A stretch of 64,000 nt of DNA from Macrostomum lignano (lineage: Eukaryota), in assembly GCA_002269645.1 (NCBI GenBank), contig NIVC01000656.1:1-64000 (forward strand), written 5' to 3'. The position numbers and the translations under genes were made by a program. This document shows, piece by piece, positions 51,171-63,880 of this stretch. The notes under the pieces were generated by a model. That model was given only the letters and a program-made list of their open reading frames with translations. It ran no database searches and was not told the origin of the DNA. Position 1 is the first letter of the stretch; each line of letters starts with the position of its first letter.

Positions 51171-52009
51171 CCCCTGGACTGGTCTCTTTGATCATCTTTC
51201 CCAAGAGGCGGCTCCCCAATACAAACAGCTGCCTGCTCCTGGTGTACGCACACACACTGACAATTCAAGATAATAGAATTATTTGAGCTTCGCGAATGTC
51301 AGCGAATAAAAATAGCAATAGTAGAGGTTCTCATATAAGGGATATAGGAAACAACTTGCCCAACTCAGTCCAAGCAGACCCCGTACTCGCTCGCTGTGCG
51401 GTCAACACGCGTGGCCGCACAGCGAGCTGCTGGTTGCCATATAGCTCAAGCAGACAATAGCTTAGCGCTACAGCAGACGATCGGTCCCTATCGCTCGCAA
51501 AAATGCAAAGCTACTGCAGTACTGTAAACTCCACTGCAGTTACTCATTCAATCTACAGCATTTAACCCGAAAGCCACTTCAGCTATACTGACCGAGTGAT
51601 TATGACTAAGTCTCTGCCTATTGGTGACCTGCTGCCCATAGTTAAGTGTAGAATATAGTGTGTTATCGTTATTGTGTACTGTTGTGCCTGAGCTAAATGA
51701 CATTCTACGAGATGAATATACCTCATACCTCACGAGGGTGGCTAGATGATCTCTAAATTCAAAAGTACAGGTTCTCAAGTACAATGTTTCATATTCTTCT
51801 TAATTACATGCAATACAGTGTAATTTGGTAGAAAATGCGTATTGAACCGCTTTGCTCTGATGCATGTACATATACAGAAAATAAATACAATAGTATCGTA
51901 CAATGAAACAATCGTACAATAAATAACTACGTAACTATCATCTAAGCCAATCATTTTAGAAAATTGCGATGGATTTATTAGGGATTGTCGATAATAGCAT
52001 GAAGTTTAA

Positions 52010-52910
52010 GCCATAGACTATTTCAATTAACTCTCAGCATGCATTTGAAGCCATAGACTATAGCGATTCACTCTCAGCATGAAGTTGAAGCTATAAACTA
52101 TTGCAATTTACTCTCAGAATGCAGTTGAAGCCATAGACCATTGCAATTCACTCTCAGAATGCAGTTGAAGCCATAGACCATTGCAATTCACTCTCAGAAT
52201 GCAGTTGAAGCCATAGACTATTGCAATTCACTCTCAGAATGCAGTTGAAGCCATAGACCATTGCAATTCACTCTCAGAATGCAGTTGAAGCCATAGAATA
52301 TTGCAATTCACTCTCAGAATGCAGTTGAAGCCATAGACAATTGCAATTCACTCTCAGAATGCAGCTGAAGCCATAGACAATTGCAATTCACTCTCAGAAT
52401 GCAGTTGAAGCCATAGAATATTGCAATTCACTCTCAGAATGCATTTGAAGCCATAGAATATTGCAATTCACTCTCAGAATGCAGTTGAAGCTATAGACTA
52501 TTGCAATTCTCTTTCAGCATGAAGTTGAAGCCATAGAATATTGCAATTCACTCTCAACTAGAAGTTGAAGCTATAGACTATTGCAATTCACTCTCAACTA
52601 GAAGTTGAAGCTATAGACTATTGCAATTCACTCTCAACTAGAAGTTGAAGCTATAGACTATTGCAATTCACTCTCAACTAGAAGTTGAAGCTATAGACTA
52701 TTGCAATTCACTCTCAACTAGAAGTTGAAGCTATAGACTATTGCAATTCACTCTCAACTAGAAGTTGAAGCTATAGACTATTGCAATTCACTCTCAACTA
52801 GAAGTTGAAGCTATAGACAATTGCAATTCACTCTCAACATGCAGTTGAAGCCATAGACAATTGCAATTCACTCTCAGCATGCAGTTGAAGCCATAGACTA
52901 TAGTAATCCA
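52010..52910. repeat. 40-bp minisatellite (TTGCAATTCACTCTCAGAATGCAGTTGAAGCCATAGACTA)
   Basis: Direct reading; two variant zones. Confidence 0.95.
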
Positions 52911-53194
52911 CCCTCTACTGGAATATGGCCCAATTTAAATAACAAAAAAGTAATTATTTTTTTTGAATTTAAAGTAAGACAAGTAAAAATGCAGGTAAAA
53001 AGCGTAAAGATATCATTCTTAGAAACACGGCATTTTACTTTATTTTTTAAATGGTACAAAACAGAATGTCCTTTAGTTACAGAAAAAACATACAGTGAAC
53101 AGAAAATAGAAAATACAATAATGATGAGCTTTAAGAGACATTACATATGTATTACAGACAGCAATAATTAGTATTGCAGAAATAATTCCAGAAC

Positions 53195-56100
53195 TCAATG
53201 AATCACCGCCTCGTCCCAGGGCCCATGAATATTGTTTTTCTGAGCCTGCATAGCAACAAACATAATTGGGCAGATTAGCATGATGAAGCAGCTCAATAGA
53301 AGGAAGCAGCACGCTGCCGGCATTGAGATGAAGCACATAGCGCATTGAGCAGCCAGATTGAGTAGAAATGTCAGGCCCAGACTCAATACGGGCTGGAATG
53401 GCGAGTGCAGACCGACAGACATGTTCCGGCGCAGCTCCGGCCAGAAGGCGAAGACGAACAGGGCGAGCTCCACTGTGGTGAACGTGTGCAGCGAGCTGGG
53501 CAGGCGGGAGGCCAGGCAGATTGCGGCGAATACGGCCGAGTTTAGGGAGAACGATTTCAATACTCTGGCGGGCGAGCGAGTTTTATTGTTGTTTTCGATA
53601 CATATCGGCTCATTGGGCGCTTTATATTCAATTTATTGTTAAATTAAAGTGCGTCAGAGGGTCAATTTGTATTACTTTCTACGTGTCTTAGCATCTTAGG
53701 GTCCAAGTGTTACAGGGTATTAGTGTCTTAGGGTCCAAGTGTTACAGGGTATTAGTGTCATAGGGTCCAAGTGTTACAGGGTATTAGTGTCATAGGGTCC
53801 AAGTGTTACAGGGTATTAGTGTCATAGGGTTTAAGTGTTACAGGGTATTAGTGTCTTAGGGTCCAAGTGTTACAGGGTATTAGTGTCATAGGGTCCAAGT
53901 GTTACAGGGTATTAGTGTCATAGGGTCCAAGTGTTACAGGGTATTAGTGTCATAGGGTCCAAGTGTTACAGGGTATTAGTGTCATAGGGTCCAAGTGTTA
54001 CAGGGTATTAGTGTCTTAGGGTCTTAGGGTCATAAGGTATACGTGTCATAGAGTCTTTAGGTCTTAGGGTCTAAGTGCCATAGAATCCAAGTGTCATAGG
54101 GTCTAAGTGTCATAGGGTCTTAGTGCCACATGGTCTTCTCTTAAGTAGTATGAGTAGTAAGAATAAGTATAGTGAGTAGTATGGAGTGGACGCTAGCGCT
54201 GTATTCACTACGCAACTCACATTGCTGCTGAGCCGCCATAGTCGTGGAAAAGCAGGTTGGCTGTGAGAAAAAATGCCGTCATAGCGTGAATTGTATCGGT
54301 ACTGATTGTGGCGGTGAGGCTCTTCAATAGCGGCGACCACATCAGGGTGAAGGCGGTGAGCACCAGCAATAGGCGGCAGTGGCCGAATGCTGAAGTGTTA
54401 TTGTTAATTAACATTTATTAAAACCCGAAATATTCATGCCCAGTTCCGCTGAACACAGCACGCACACGCTCATAGTGTCATGCAGTCTTTGTGTCATAAG
54501 CTCATAGAGTCATGCAGTCTTTGCGTCATAAGCTCATAGTGTCATGCAGTCTTTGTGTCATAAGCTCATAGAGTCATGCAGGCTTTGTGTCATAAGCTCA
54601 TAGTGTCATGCAGTCTTTGTGTCATAAGCTCATAGAGTCATGCAGTCTTTGCGTCATAAGCTCATAGTGTCATGCAGTCTTTGCGTCATAAGCTCATAGT
54701 GTCATGCAGTCTTTGTGTCATAAGCTCATATAGTCATGCAGTCTTTGTGTCATAAGCTCATAGTGTCATGCAGTCTTTGTGTCATAAGCTCATAGTGTCA
54801 TACAGTCTTTGTGACATAAGCTCATAGTGTCATACAGTCTTTGTGACATAAGCTCATAGTGTCATACAGTCTTTGTGACATAAGCTCATACTCGTAGTGT
54901 CATTCAGTCTTTGTGTCATAAGCTCATAGTGTCATACAGTCTTTGTGTCATAAGCTCATAAGAGTCATGCAGTCTTTGTGTCATAAGCTCATTGTGTCAT
55001 ACAGTCTTTGTGACATAAGCTCATAGTGTCATACAGTCTTTGTGTCATAAGCTCATAGTGTCATACAGTCTTTGTGACATAAGCTCATAGTGTCATACAG
55101 TCTTTGTGACATAAGCTCATAGTGTCATACAGTCTTTGCGTCATAAGCTCATAGTGTCATGCAGTCTTTGTGTCATAAGCTCATAGAGTCATGCAGGCTT
55201 TGTGTCATAAGCTCATAGTGTCATGCAGTCTTTGTGTCATAAGCTCATAGAGTCATGCAGTCTTTGCGTCATAAGCTCATAGTGTCATGCAGTCTTTGCG
55301 TCATAAGCTCATAGTGTCATGCAGTCTTTGTGTCATAAGCTCATAGAGTCATGCAGTCTTTGTGTCATAAGCTCATAGTGTCATGCAGTCTTTGTGTCAT
55401 AAGCTCATAGTGTCATACAGTCTTTGTGACATAAGCTCATAGTGTCATACAGTCTTTGTGACATAAGCTCATAGTGTCATACAGTCTTTGTGACATAAGC
55501 TCATACTCGTAGTGTCATTCAGTCTTTGTGTCATAAGCTCATAGTGTCATACAGTCTTTGTGTCATAAGCTCATAAGAGTCATGCAGTCTTTGTGTCATA
55601 AGCTCATTGTGTCATACAGTCTTTGTGACATAAGCTCATAGTGTCATACAGTCTTTGTGTCATAAGCTCATAGTGTCATACAGTCTTTGTGACATAAGCT
55701 CATAGTGTCATACAGTCTTTGTGACATAAGCTCATAGTGTCATACAGTCTTTGTGTCATAAGCTCATAGTGTCATACAGTCTGTGTCATAAGCTCATAGT
55801 GTCATACAGTCTGAGTCATGCAGTCTTTGCAACATAAGCTCATAGTGTCATGCAGTCTTTGTGTCATAAGTTCATAGTGTCTTGCAGTCTGTCATGCAGT
55901 CTTTGCAACATAAGCTCATAGTGGCATGCAGTCTTTGTGTCATGCATTCCTTGTCTCAAGCAGTCTTTGTGTCATGCGTCTTTGTGTCATGCATCTTTGT
56001 GCCATGCATCTTTGTGTCATGCAGTCTTTGTGTCATGCATCTTTATGTCATGCAGTCTTTGTGTCATGTAGTCTTTGCATTTCAGTGTCCCAGTTTCCAG

Positions 56101-56458
56101 TGCGTCATAAATCACCAGTTCGCATAGGTGACAGATCGGATTTGTCAGCGCTGCCAGACGCGCAGAACAGATAGGCCAGGTACAGCGGAGGCGCCAGCAT
56201 CCCCAACCCAAACAGGACCGTCTCCGGAGCCAGAGTGCCCTGCAGCATCAGGCAGTAGGCCTGTACAAACAAGCACAGACTGCAGAAATGTTGAAACACT
56301 CGACCTGTGGCTACAACTACTGTTAGTAGAGAGTGCCGCTTAACGTAGAGATTGCGTTTCAAATCTTCTAAGAAATCGTCGCCAGTAAAATTGTCCGGCC
56401 GTTCGGGCCAGCTGGGTTTGTGCAGACATTTGCGGTGGCTGATGGAGCCGCTGTGCAT
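53195..56458 (-). CDS. PIGC: Phosphatidylinositol N-acetylglucosaminyltransferase subunit C (GPI2), 293 aa; exons 56458-56116, 54389-54221, 53564-53195
   Basis: Family motifs [22 protein letters not shown]; [19 protein letters not shown]; ANLLFHDY; [16 protein letters not shown]; [11 protein letters not shown]. Exons join in phase (343+169+370). Confidence 0.95.
53690..54125. repeat. 32-bp minisatellite (GGGTCCAAGTGTTACAGGGTATTAGTGTCATA) in PIGC intron 2
   Basis: Direct reading. Confidence 0.93.
54470..56060. repeat. 32-bp minisatellite (GTCATGCAGTCTTTGTGTCATAAGCTCATAGT) in PIGC intron 1, with a 615-bp higher-order duplication
   Basis: Variant markers GGCTTT at 54581/55196 and CTCGT at 54891/55506 are both 615 bp apart. 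Confidence 0.93.
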
Positions 56459-56504
56459 GGCGACTGACTGCGCAGGAATTGTTAGCGAATTCACAACTGA
56501 TGTA

Positions 56505-56507
56505 TCC

Positions 56508-56540
<33 letters not shown>

Positions 56541-56743
56541 TACTGTCTGTCTGTCTGTCTGTTTGTCTTACTGCCTGTCTGTCTGTCTTACTGTCTGTCT
56601 GTCTTACTGTCTGTCTGTGTGTCTGTCTGCCTGCCTGTCTGTCTGCCTGCCTGTCTGTCTGTCTGTCTGTCTGTCTTACTGTCTGTCTGTCTGTCTGCCT
56701 GCCTGTCTGTCTGTTTGTCTTACTGCCTGTCTGTCTGCCTGCC

Positions 56744-56800
<57 letters not shown>

Positions 56801-56880
56801 TACTGTCTGTCTGTCTGTCTGCCTGCCTGTCTTACTGTCTGTTTGTATTGGTGTCCGTCTATCTTAGTGTCTGTTTGCCT
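56505..56880. repeat. (CTGT)n microsatellite
   Basis: Direct reading. Confidence 0.93.
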
Positions 56881-57264
56881 TAGTGCCTGCCCGTTTACTT
56901 TATTAAGGAATAGATAAGCAATAAAGATAAGGATAAACAATTTAACATTTTTTCATCAGACAATATATTTATGCTTCAGCATATAGTGCACAGCCAAGGA
57001 TCACTGTATGGTAGCTTGGTGACGTAACAGTTGTCCTTTTGACAATCCAGTAGTCCGTAAGTATCATCCACAGTAAGTATTCTGTGGTACTATCTGATGC
57101 TTATGAGATGTATAAAATGAATTGTAAACAAATGAAACATAAGCTACGCTCGTACAAATACAGACGCAAGATAATGTGTTTGCTATGCTATTAAAATGCC
57201 ATTAGAAACGCTGGGTTAGAAACGCAAACTGGTACTAGAATGTCAATTACAAAAGTTAGAAAAG

Positions 57265-57725
57265 CCTCTAGCAGTGTCTCTAGAAGTGCCTCTAGAAGTG
57301 TCTCTAGAAGTGCCCCTAGAAGTGCCCCTAGAAGTGTCTCTAGAAGTGTCTCTAGAAGTGCCTCTATAAGTGCCCCTAAAAGTGTCTCTAGAAGTGCCTC
57401 CAGAAGTGCCTCTAGAAGTGCCCCTAGAAGTGTCTCTAGAAGTGCCTCCAGAAGTGTCTCTAGAAGTGCCTCCAGAAGTGCCTCTAGAAGTGTCTCTAGA
57501 AGTGCCTCTAGAAGTGCCCCCAGAAGTGCCTCTAGAAGTGTCTCTAGAAGTGCCTCTAGAAGTGCCCCTAGAAGTGTCTCTAGAAGTGCCTCCAGAAGTG
57601 TCTCTAGAAGTGCCTCCAGAAGTGCCTCTAGAAGTGTCTCTAGAAGTGCCCCTAGAAGTGCCCCTAGAAGTGCCTCTAGAAGTGTCCCCAGAAGTGCCTC
57701 TAGAAGTGCCTCTAGAAGTGTCGCT
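57265..57725. repeat. 12-bp minisatellite (CTCTAGAAGTGC), in the 3' UTR/downstream region of GTDC1
   Basis: Direct reading. Confidence 0.93.
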
Positions 57726-57863
57726 GGAAGTGTCTTAAGGTGCCTTTGGAAGTTTCTACAGAAGTACCACCAAGAGTATCAGACAGTGCGTTTGAACTTG
57801 TCATTATCATTGCCGTGATATATCTCTCTCTGATTGTGTCCTTCCTATAGCAGACAACTCTAT

Positions 57864-60800
57864 TCAAGCGAACAGTTGCGCATAGCTGTCACGCAACGCC
57901 TCCGGTTTCAACCTGTCCAAACGCGTTTGAAAATCGCCCTCAGCTCGTAGCCGTCTGGCCAGCCCTGGCCCACCGCGGCACAGCCAACGCAATCGTTTAA
58001 CCAACTGAGTGTCAGTGTTGTACAAACAATCCGATGGGAACAGTTCCGGATAAGCGAGACGACGCGGAGCGAGCGGGTAGCAACCGGCCGATGTGGCTTC
58101 GAGCATGGCTAAACCAAAGAATTCGTGTTCGGCAGTGGACACAACTACGTGACAGGCTGACAGGCAGGCTAAATAGGCTTGACGATTCTCTAAGTAGCCC
58201 CAGTGTGCGATCTGATCGGATGGAAGGCGCTTCTTAGCCGCCTCAAAGGCTGGCGGAGGCGGCCCGGCAAACGACTGTCCGAGGATGCACAGAGCAAAAT
58301 TGGTTTCGCCCGAGTCGGCCAGAGCGAAGATGGCGGTAAAAAATGAGTCTGGATTCTTGTCGTGCTCCCAACGATGCGGCCAAAGAATTAAAAGCCGATT
58401 GTCTAGCTGATTGGATGGGGACTGAAGGAATGAGGGATAGAGCTCAGTGTCCGATGGTGGCTGCTGTAGAGCCTCCAGGTCTTGAGGTTGTTGTTGCTGT
58501 TGGATGCTACGTTGTTTCTGAGTGTCTAGATCTTGTTTCTGAGCAGAAATCCGCGACCTCTTCGGTTCCAGCTGGCCATCAGCAAGGCTAGCCAGCGGAA
58601 CAATAGGCAGGTATAATATCTGAGACTTAGCAGCAATCCCAGCACCCAGACCGCGAGTTCTGTAGTCGGGCATAGCATTGAGAAATGAATCGATACCGTG
58701 CAAAAAAGTATCCATATTGTGCCGGGAATTGAACAGCACAAGGTCGGCGGCCAGTGCGGTGAGTATCTGATTGTAGCCATACTGGAAATCTCTCTCGCCT
58801 CGCATCTTTCTAACCGGATAGACCAGCTGGTTCTCGTGAAAATAAACTAATTTCTTTGTAGCTGCCAGACACGGACAGAGACCCACTAGTTCGGCTAGGC
58901 TGAGCACGCTGCTGCAGAACAGGTGACTAAACTGCTTGTCTGAAAATTTTATGTTTAGACAACAGATACTAAAGTAACTAGATGGGCCACTCAGGCATAT
59001 ATACTTAGTAAAACAGCTTTCTACTTTCAGTTCAGTAGCAAAGAAGAATACATAAGCTATTTTATAAAAAAGCCAGCTGAAATGACTTTGATAAGTTTAG
59101 AAGCCCAAGCTTGCAGGCGTAAACAACTTGCTAATTGGTACGGCAGTAATGTACATTGGCCAGTCCACTGAAATGTACATGGCAGCCTTAGGCTGATATT
59201 CCGAGACAGGCAATAAAAATTGGGGCGGGGCGGGGCGGGGCGGGCGGGGCGGGGCGGGGCGGGCGAGGGTTAGGGGTAGTGTGGAAAGGCGTGGTTGGGA
59301 GTTTAAGCTTGGGGGTAGCCAATAAATAAACCTCGGCTTTAAAAATGCTTCCGTTTAACATGCTACTGAACTGAAAGTAGCTTACACACAAATGTGCTGA
59401 GTGGCCCAACTAGTTATTCTAGTATCTGTGGTTAAGACAGACTAATTAAGAATCAGTGCGCAATTTAACAATAAAAAGCGTATTTGTTACTAACAGTAGC
59501 AACTCAAAACTGATATTTAAACTGCTGCGCTGGGCGTGGTTTTTGAAGCTCGAATTTAGGCCATTTTTTAAAACTAGCAAATTTAAACACAATTTTCTAC
59601 TATTAGTACAATCATGATGAAACAGATCTTTTAACAATAAAATATCGCTACTAATCATTAAAAAATCGATCGATTCCTCTAAAATGGAATTTAAAGACAG
59701 CTGGCAACAGTTTGTATAGATTATAGTTCTACTTAGCTAACCGATACGAACCAGTTCTTTACAAAATAAAACACTGTGTGTGTGCACGATAGAGTGCAGT
59801 GCAGGTACTGCGTAGCCAGCATGACAAGGTGAACCAGAGTTAACGAGTGAATGCTTGGCTATTGGAACCATTGTGATCAGTGTTAGCACCATTGGGAACA
59901 GTACTATCGTTATTTAGGATCACTATTAATGTTATTAGGATCAATATTCCAGCCCTTAGGATCAATACTAGTGTTATAAGGATAAATTATTAGAGATATT
60001 ATTAGGACCAATATTAGCGTCCTTAGGATCAATACTAGCTAGATATTAGGATCCATATTAGATATTAGGATAGACATTCGCTAAATTAGGATCATAATTA
60101 GTGCCACTAAGATTAATATGAGCACCATTTACACCAGAATGTAAAACTAGTTCGTGATTTTCGGCGTCTGTAATGCAACGACCCCAGCCAGCTATAAACA
60201 TATTGAACAAAACATTACAAAAGCAATATAAGACAAGGAAGAAGAGACAGCCACAACAAAGGAATTAACACAGCTAATCTAAGGAATGCTCAAACCAGTA
60301 CATTGTCCATTGCCCTACTGAGTGATGTGCACAAGGACATTTACCGTCTTGGTGGCAATCCGTAAAGCAGATTATCTCATACGGCACTTGCGTAGGAGTC
60401 AGCATAGGACTACGACCCAAAGGTTCAATGCAGTGCAAAAATGCTACAGCCATAAATTTACTCACTGAATACGAACTAAACTGCTCAGACACCACACTGA
60501 TCCCACAAAACTGCTCAGACACCACACTAATCCCACAAAACTGCTCAGAGACCACAATGATCCCACAAAACTGCTCAGACACCACACTGATCCCACAAAA
60601 CTGCTCAGAGACCACAATGATCCCACAAAACTGCTCAGACACCACACTGATCCCACAAAACTTCTCAGAGACCACACTGATCCCACTAAACTGCTCAGAG
60701 ACCACAATGATCCCACAAAACTGCTCAGACAACACACTGATCCCACAAAACTGCTCAGACACCACACTGATCCCACAAAACTGCTCAGAGACCACAATAA

Positions 60801-61497
60801 TCCCACTAAACTGCTCAGACATCACACTGATCCCACAAAACTGCTCAGACACCACACTGATCCCACAAAACTGCTCAGAGACCACAATAATCCCACTAAA
60901 CTGCTCAGACAACACACTGATCCCACTAAACTGCTCAGAGACCACAATAATCCCACAAAACTGCTCAGACACCACAATGATCCCACTAAACTGCTCAGAC
61001 ACCACAATGATCCCACTAAACTGCTCAGACACCACAATGATCCCACTAAACTGCTCAGACACCACACTGATCCCACAAAATTGCTCAGACACCACACTGA
61101 TCCCACAAAATTGCTCAGACACCACACTGATCCCACTAAACTGCTCAGACACCACAATAATCCCACAAAACTGCTCAGACACCACAATGATCCCACAAAA
61201 TTGCTCAGACACCACACTGATCCCACAAAATTGCTCAGACACCACACTGATCCCACAAAATTGCTCAGACACCACACTGATTCCAACACGGAGCCGCTCA
61301 CCCTTAGCAGCCTCGGCCACCTGTTGTGCCACGTGCAGCGCGGAGCACCTGGCTCGCCAGTGCCACTTCTTAGCCGTCATGGCAACCAGATGCCAGCAGC
61401 CTGGCGGCAGAATCTCCCCAGTCAGGTAGTCAATTAGCTGCCGATGCGAGCCGCCGTAAAATGGCTCGATAATTAGGACTAACGGCTGGGTTGACAT
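57864..61497 (-). CDS. GTDC1: Glycosyltransferase-like domain-containing protein 1 (queuosine-tRNA mannosyltransferase, QTMAN) ortholog, 423 aa; exons 61497-61302, 58939-57864
   Basis: LIIEPFYGGSHRQL; AKKWHWRAR.SAL; SSVLSLAEL; LVYFHENQLVYPV; RDFQYGYNQI; FNSRHNMDTFL; WPHRWEHDKNP; STAEHEFFGLAMLE; RLAYPELFP. Exons join in phase. Confidence 0.95.
58962..59429. mobile_element. MITE-like element with ~75-bp inverted arms and a G-rich core, in the GTDC1 intron
   Basis: ACAGATACTA..AACTAGATGGGCCACTCAG...CTACTTTCAGTTCAGTAGCA (58962-59040) matches the reverse complement of 59361-59429. Core (GGGGC)n-GGGTTAGGG at ~59222-59280. Confidence 0.65.
60478..61282. repeat. 30-bp minisatellite (CTGCTCAGACACCACACTGATCCCACAAAA) in the GTDC1 intron
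   Basis: Direct reading; starts about 20 nt inside the donor. Confidence 0.95.
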
Positions 61498-61609
61498 CGA
61501 AGCGTTGGGCTGAAACTAAGGTATATAATAAATGCATTATTATAATTGTACTAACTGCCTATCAGACTACAATTTTATGAGCTTGATTTATAAGCGGATA
61601 TTTCAATTC

Positions 61610-62270
61610 GGGCATAGGACCCCACAGCTTGGTATAGTCAGGGGGGGTCATAGGACCCCACATCTTGGACTAGTCAGGGGGTCATAGGACCCCACAGCTT
61701 GGCCTAGTCAGGGGGTCATAGGACCCCACAGCTTGGCCTAGTCAGGGGGTCATAGGACCCCACAGCTTGGCCTAGTCAGGGGGTCATAGGACCCTACAGC
61801 TTGGCCTAGTCAGGGGGTCATAGGACCCCACAGCTTGGTATAGCTTAGGGGACATAGGACCTCACAGCTTGGTATAGCTTAGGGGACATAGGACCTCACA
61901 GCTTGGTATAGCTTAGGGGACATAGGACCCCACAGCTTGGTATAGCTTAGGGGACATAGGACCCCACAGCTTAGTCTAGTCAGGGGGGGTCATCGGACCC
62001 CACAGCTTGGACTAGTCAGGGGGGTCATAGGACCCCACAGATTGGACTAGTCAGGGGGTCATAGGACCCACAGATTGGACTAGTCAGGGGGTCATAGGAC
62101 CCACAGATTGGACTAGTCAGGGGTCATAGGACCCCAGAGCTTGGCCTAGTCAGGGGGGTCATAGGACCCCACAGCTTGGCCTAGTCAGGGGGTCATAGGA
62201 CTCCAAAACTTGGTTTAATCCTGGGGGGTCATGGGACCCCACAGCTTGGTTTAGAGTAGGAGAGTCATAG
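61610..62270. repeat. ~34-bp minisatellite (CATAGGACCCCACAGCTTGGCCTAGTCAGGGGGT)
   Basis: Direct reading. Confidence 0.92.
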
Positions 62271-62659
62271 GAACTTTAAAGTTGTTAATATACTATTGTA
62301 GTAGAGCCTTAACAAGGCATAAGAATCCCACAAGCTAGAAACGGTACTGGTTAAACTTTTTCAGCGCTTCGCTGTAACTTTTTAAAGTCTACCGCTATCG
62401 ATACTCTATATTGATTAATTGAATTGGTAGACTACTATATAATAATTATGATTTATGACAGCAGCTATAAGCTGACGGCTGATAAGCTGATATTTGATAA
62501 GTGGAACAGAGAAATACTTTAGAAACGCATAGGCAGACAGAATTACCACGCAATGAGTAGGGCGAGTGAGTAAATATTACAGTAGCATTTAATAGTATAT
62601 AAATATAGATAAACAAAAAGCGATTTAACATGCATAGAGATAAAACACAGGCCAAATAG

Positions 62660-63880
62660 AGAGAAGAGACAGGCCAGATAGAGATAAGAGACAGGCCAGA
62701 TACAGATAAGAGACAGGCCTGATTCAGATAAGAGACGTACCAGATACAGATAAGAGACAGGCCAGATACAGATAAGAGACAGGCCAGATACAGATAAGAG
62801 ACAGGCCTGATTCAGATAAGAGACGGACCAGATACAGATAAGAGACAGGCCAGATACAGATAAGAGACAGGCCAGATACAGATAAGAGACAGGCCTGATT
62901 CAGATAAGAGACGGACCAGATACAGATAAGAGACGGACCAGATACAGATAAGAGACAGGCCTGATTCAGATAAGAGACGGACCAGATACAGATAAGAGAC
63001 GGACCAGATACAGATAAGAGACGTACCAGATACAGATAAGAGACAGGCCAGATACAGATAAGAGACGGACCAGATACAGATAAGAGACGTACCAGATACA
63101 GATAAGAGACAGGCCAGATACAGATAAGAGACAGGCCAGATACAGATAAGAGACAGGCCAGATACAGATAAGAGACAGGCCTGATTCAGATAAGAGACGG
63201 ACCAGATACAGATAAGAGACAGGCCAGATACAGATAAGAGACGGACCAGATGCATATAAGAGACGGACCAGATGCATATAAGAGACGGACCAGATGCATA
63301 TAAGAGACGGACCAGATGCATATAAGAGACGGACCAGATGCATATAAGAGACGGACCAGATGCATATAAGAGACGGACCAGATACAGATAAGAGACGGAC
63401 CAGATGCATATAAGAGACGGACCAGATACAGATAAGAGACGGACCAGATGCATATAAGAGACGGACCAGATACAGATAAGAGACGGACCAGATACAGATA
63501 AGAGACGGACCAGATGCATATAAGAGACGGACCAGATGCATATAAGAGACGGACCAGATACAGATAAGAGACGGACCAGATGCATATAAGAGACGGACCA
63601 GATGCATATAAGAGACGGACCAGATGCATATAAGAGACGGACCAGATGCATATAAGAGACGGACCAGATGCATATAAGAGACGGACCAGATGCATATAAG
63701 AGACGGACCAGATGCATATAAGAGACGGACCAGATGCATATAAGAGACGGACCAGATGCATATAAGAGACGGACCAGATACAGATAAGAGACGGACCAGA
63801 TACAGATAAGAGACGGACCAGATACAGATAAGAGACGGACCAGATACAGATAAGAGACGGACCAGATACAGATAAGAGAC
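62660..63880. repeat. 22-bp minisatellite (AGAGACGGACCAGAT(A/G)CA(G/T)ATA) with zoned variants
   Basis: Direct reading. Confidence 0.95.

Noticed and set aside
60274-61497. 407-aa ORF fusing GTDC1 exon 1 to a 10-aa repeat, and the antisense NCS-sequon repeat ORF 60428-61429
   Set aside because: A strong GTGAGC donor at 61301 and an in-phase exon 2 explain the gene; the repeat frames stay open because the unit is 30 bp. A retained-intron isoform cannot be excluded but is unsupported.
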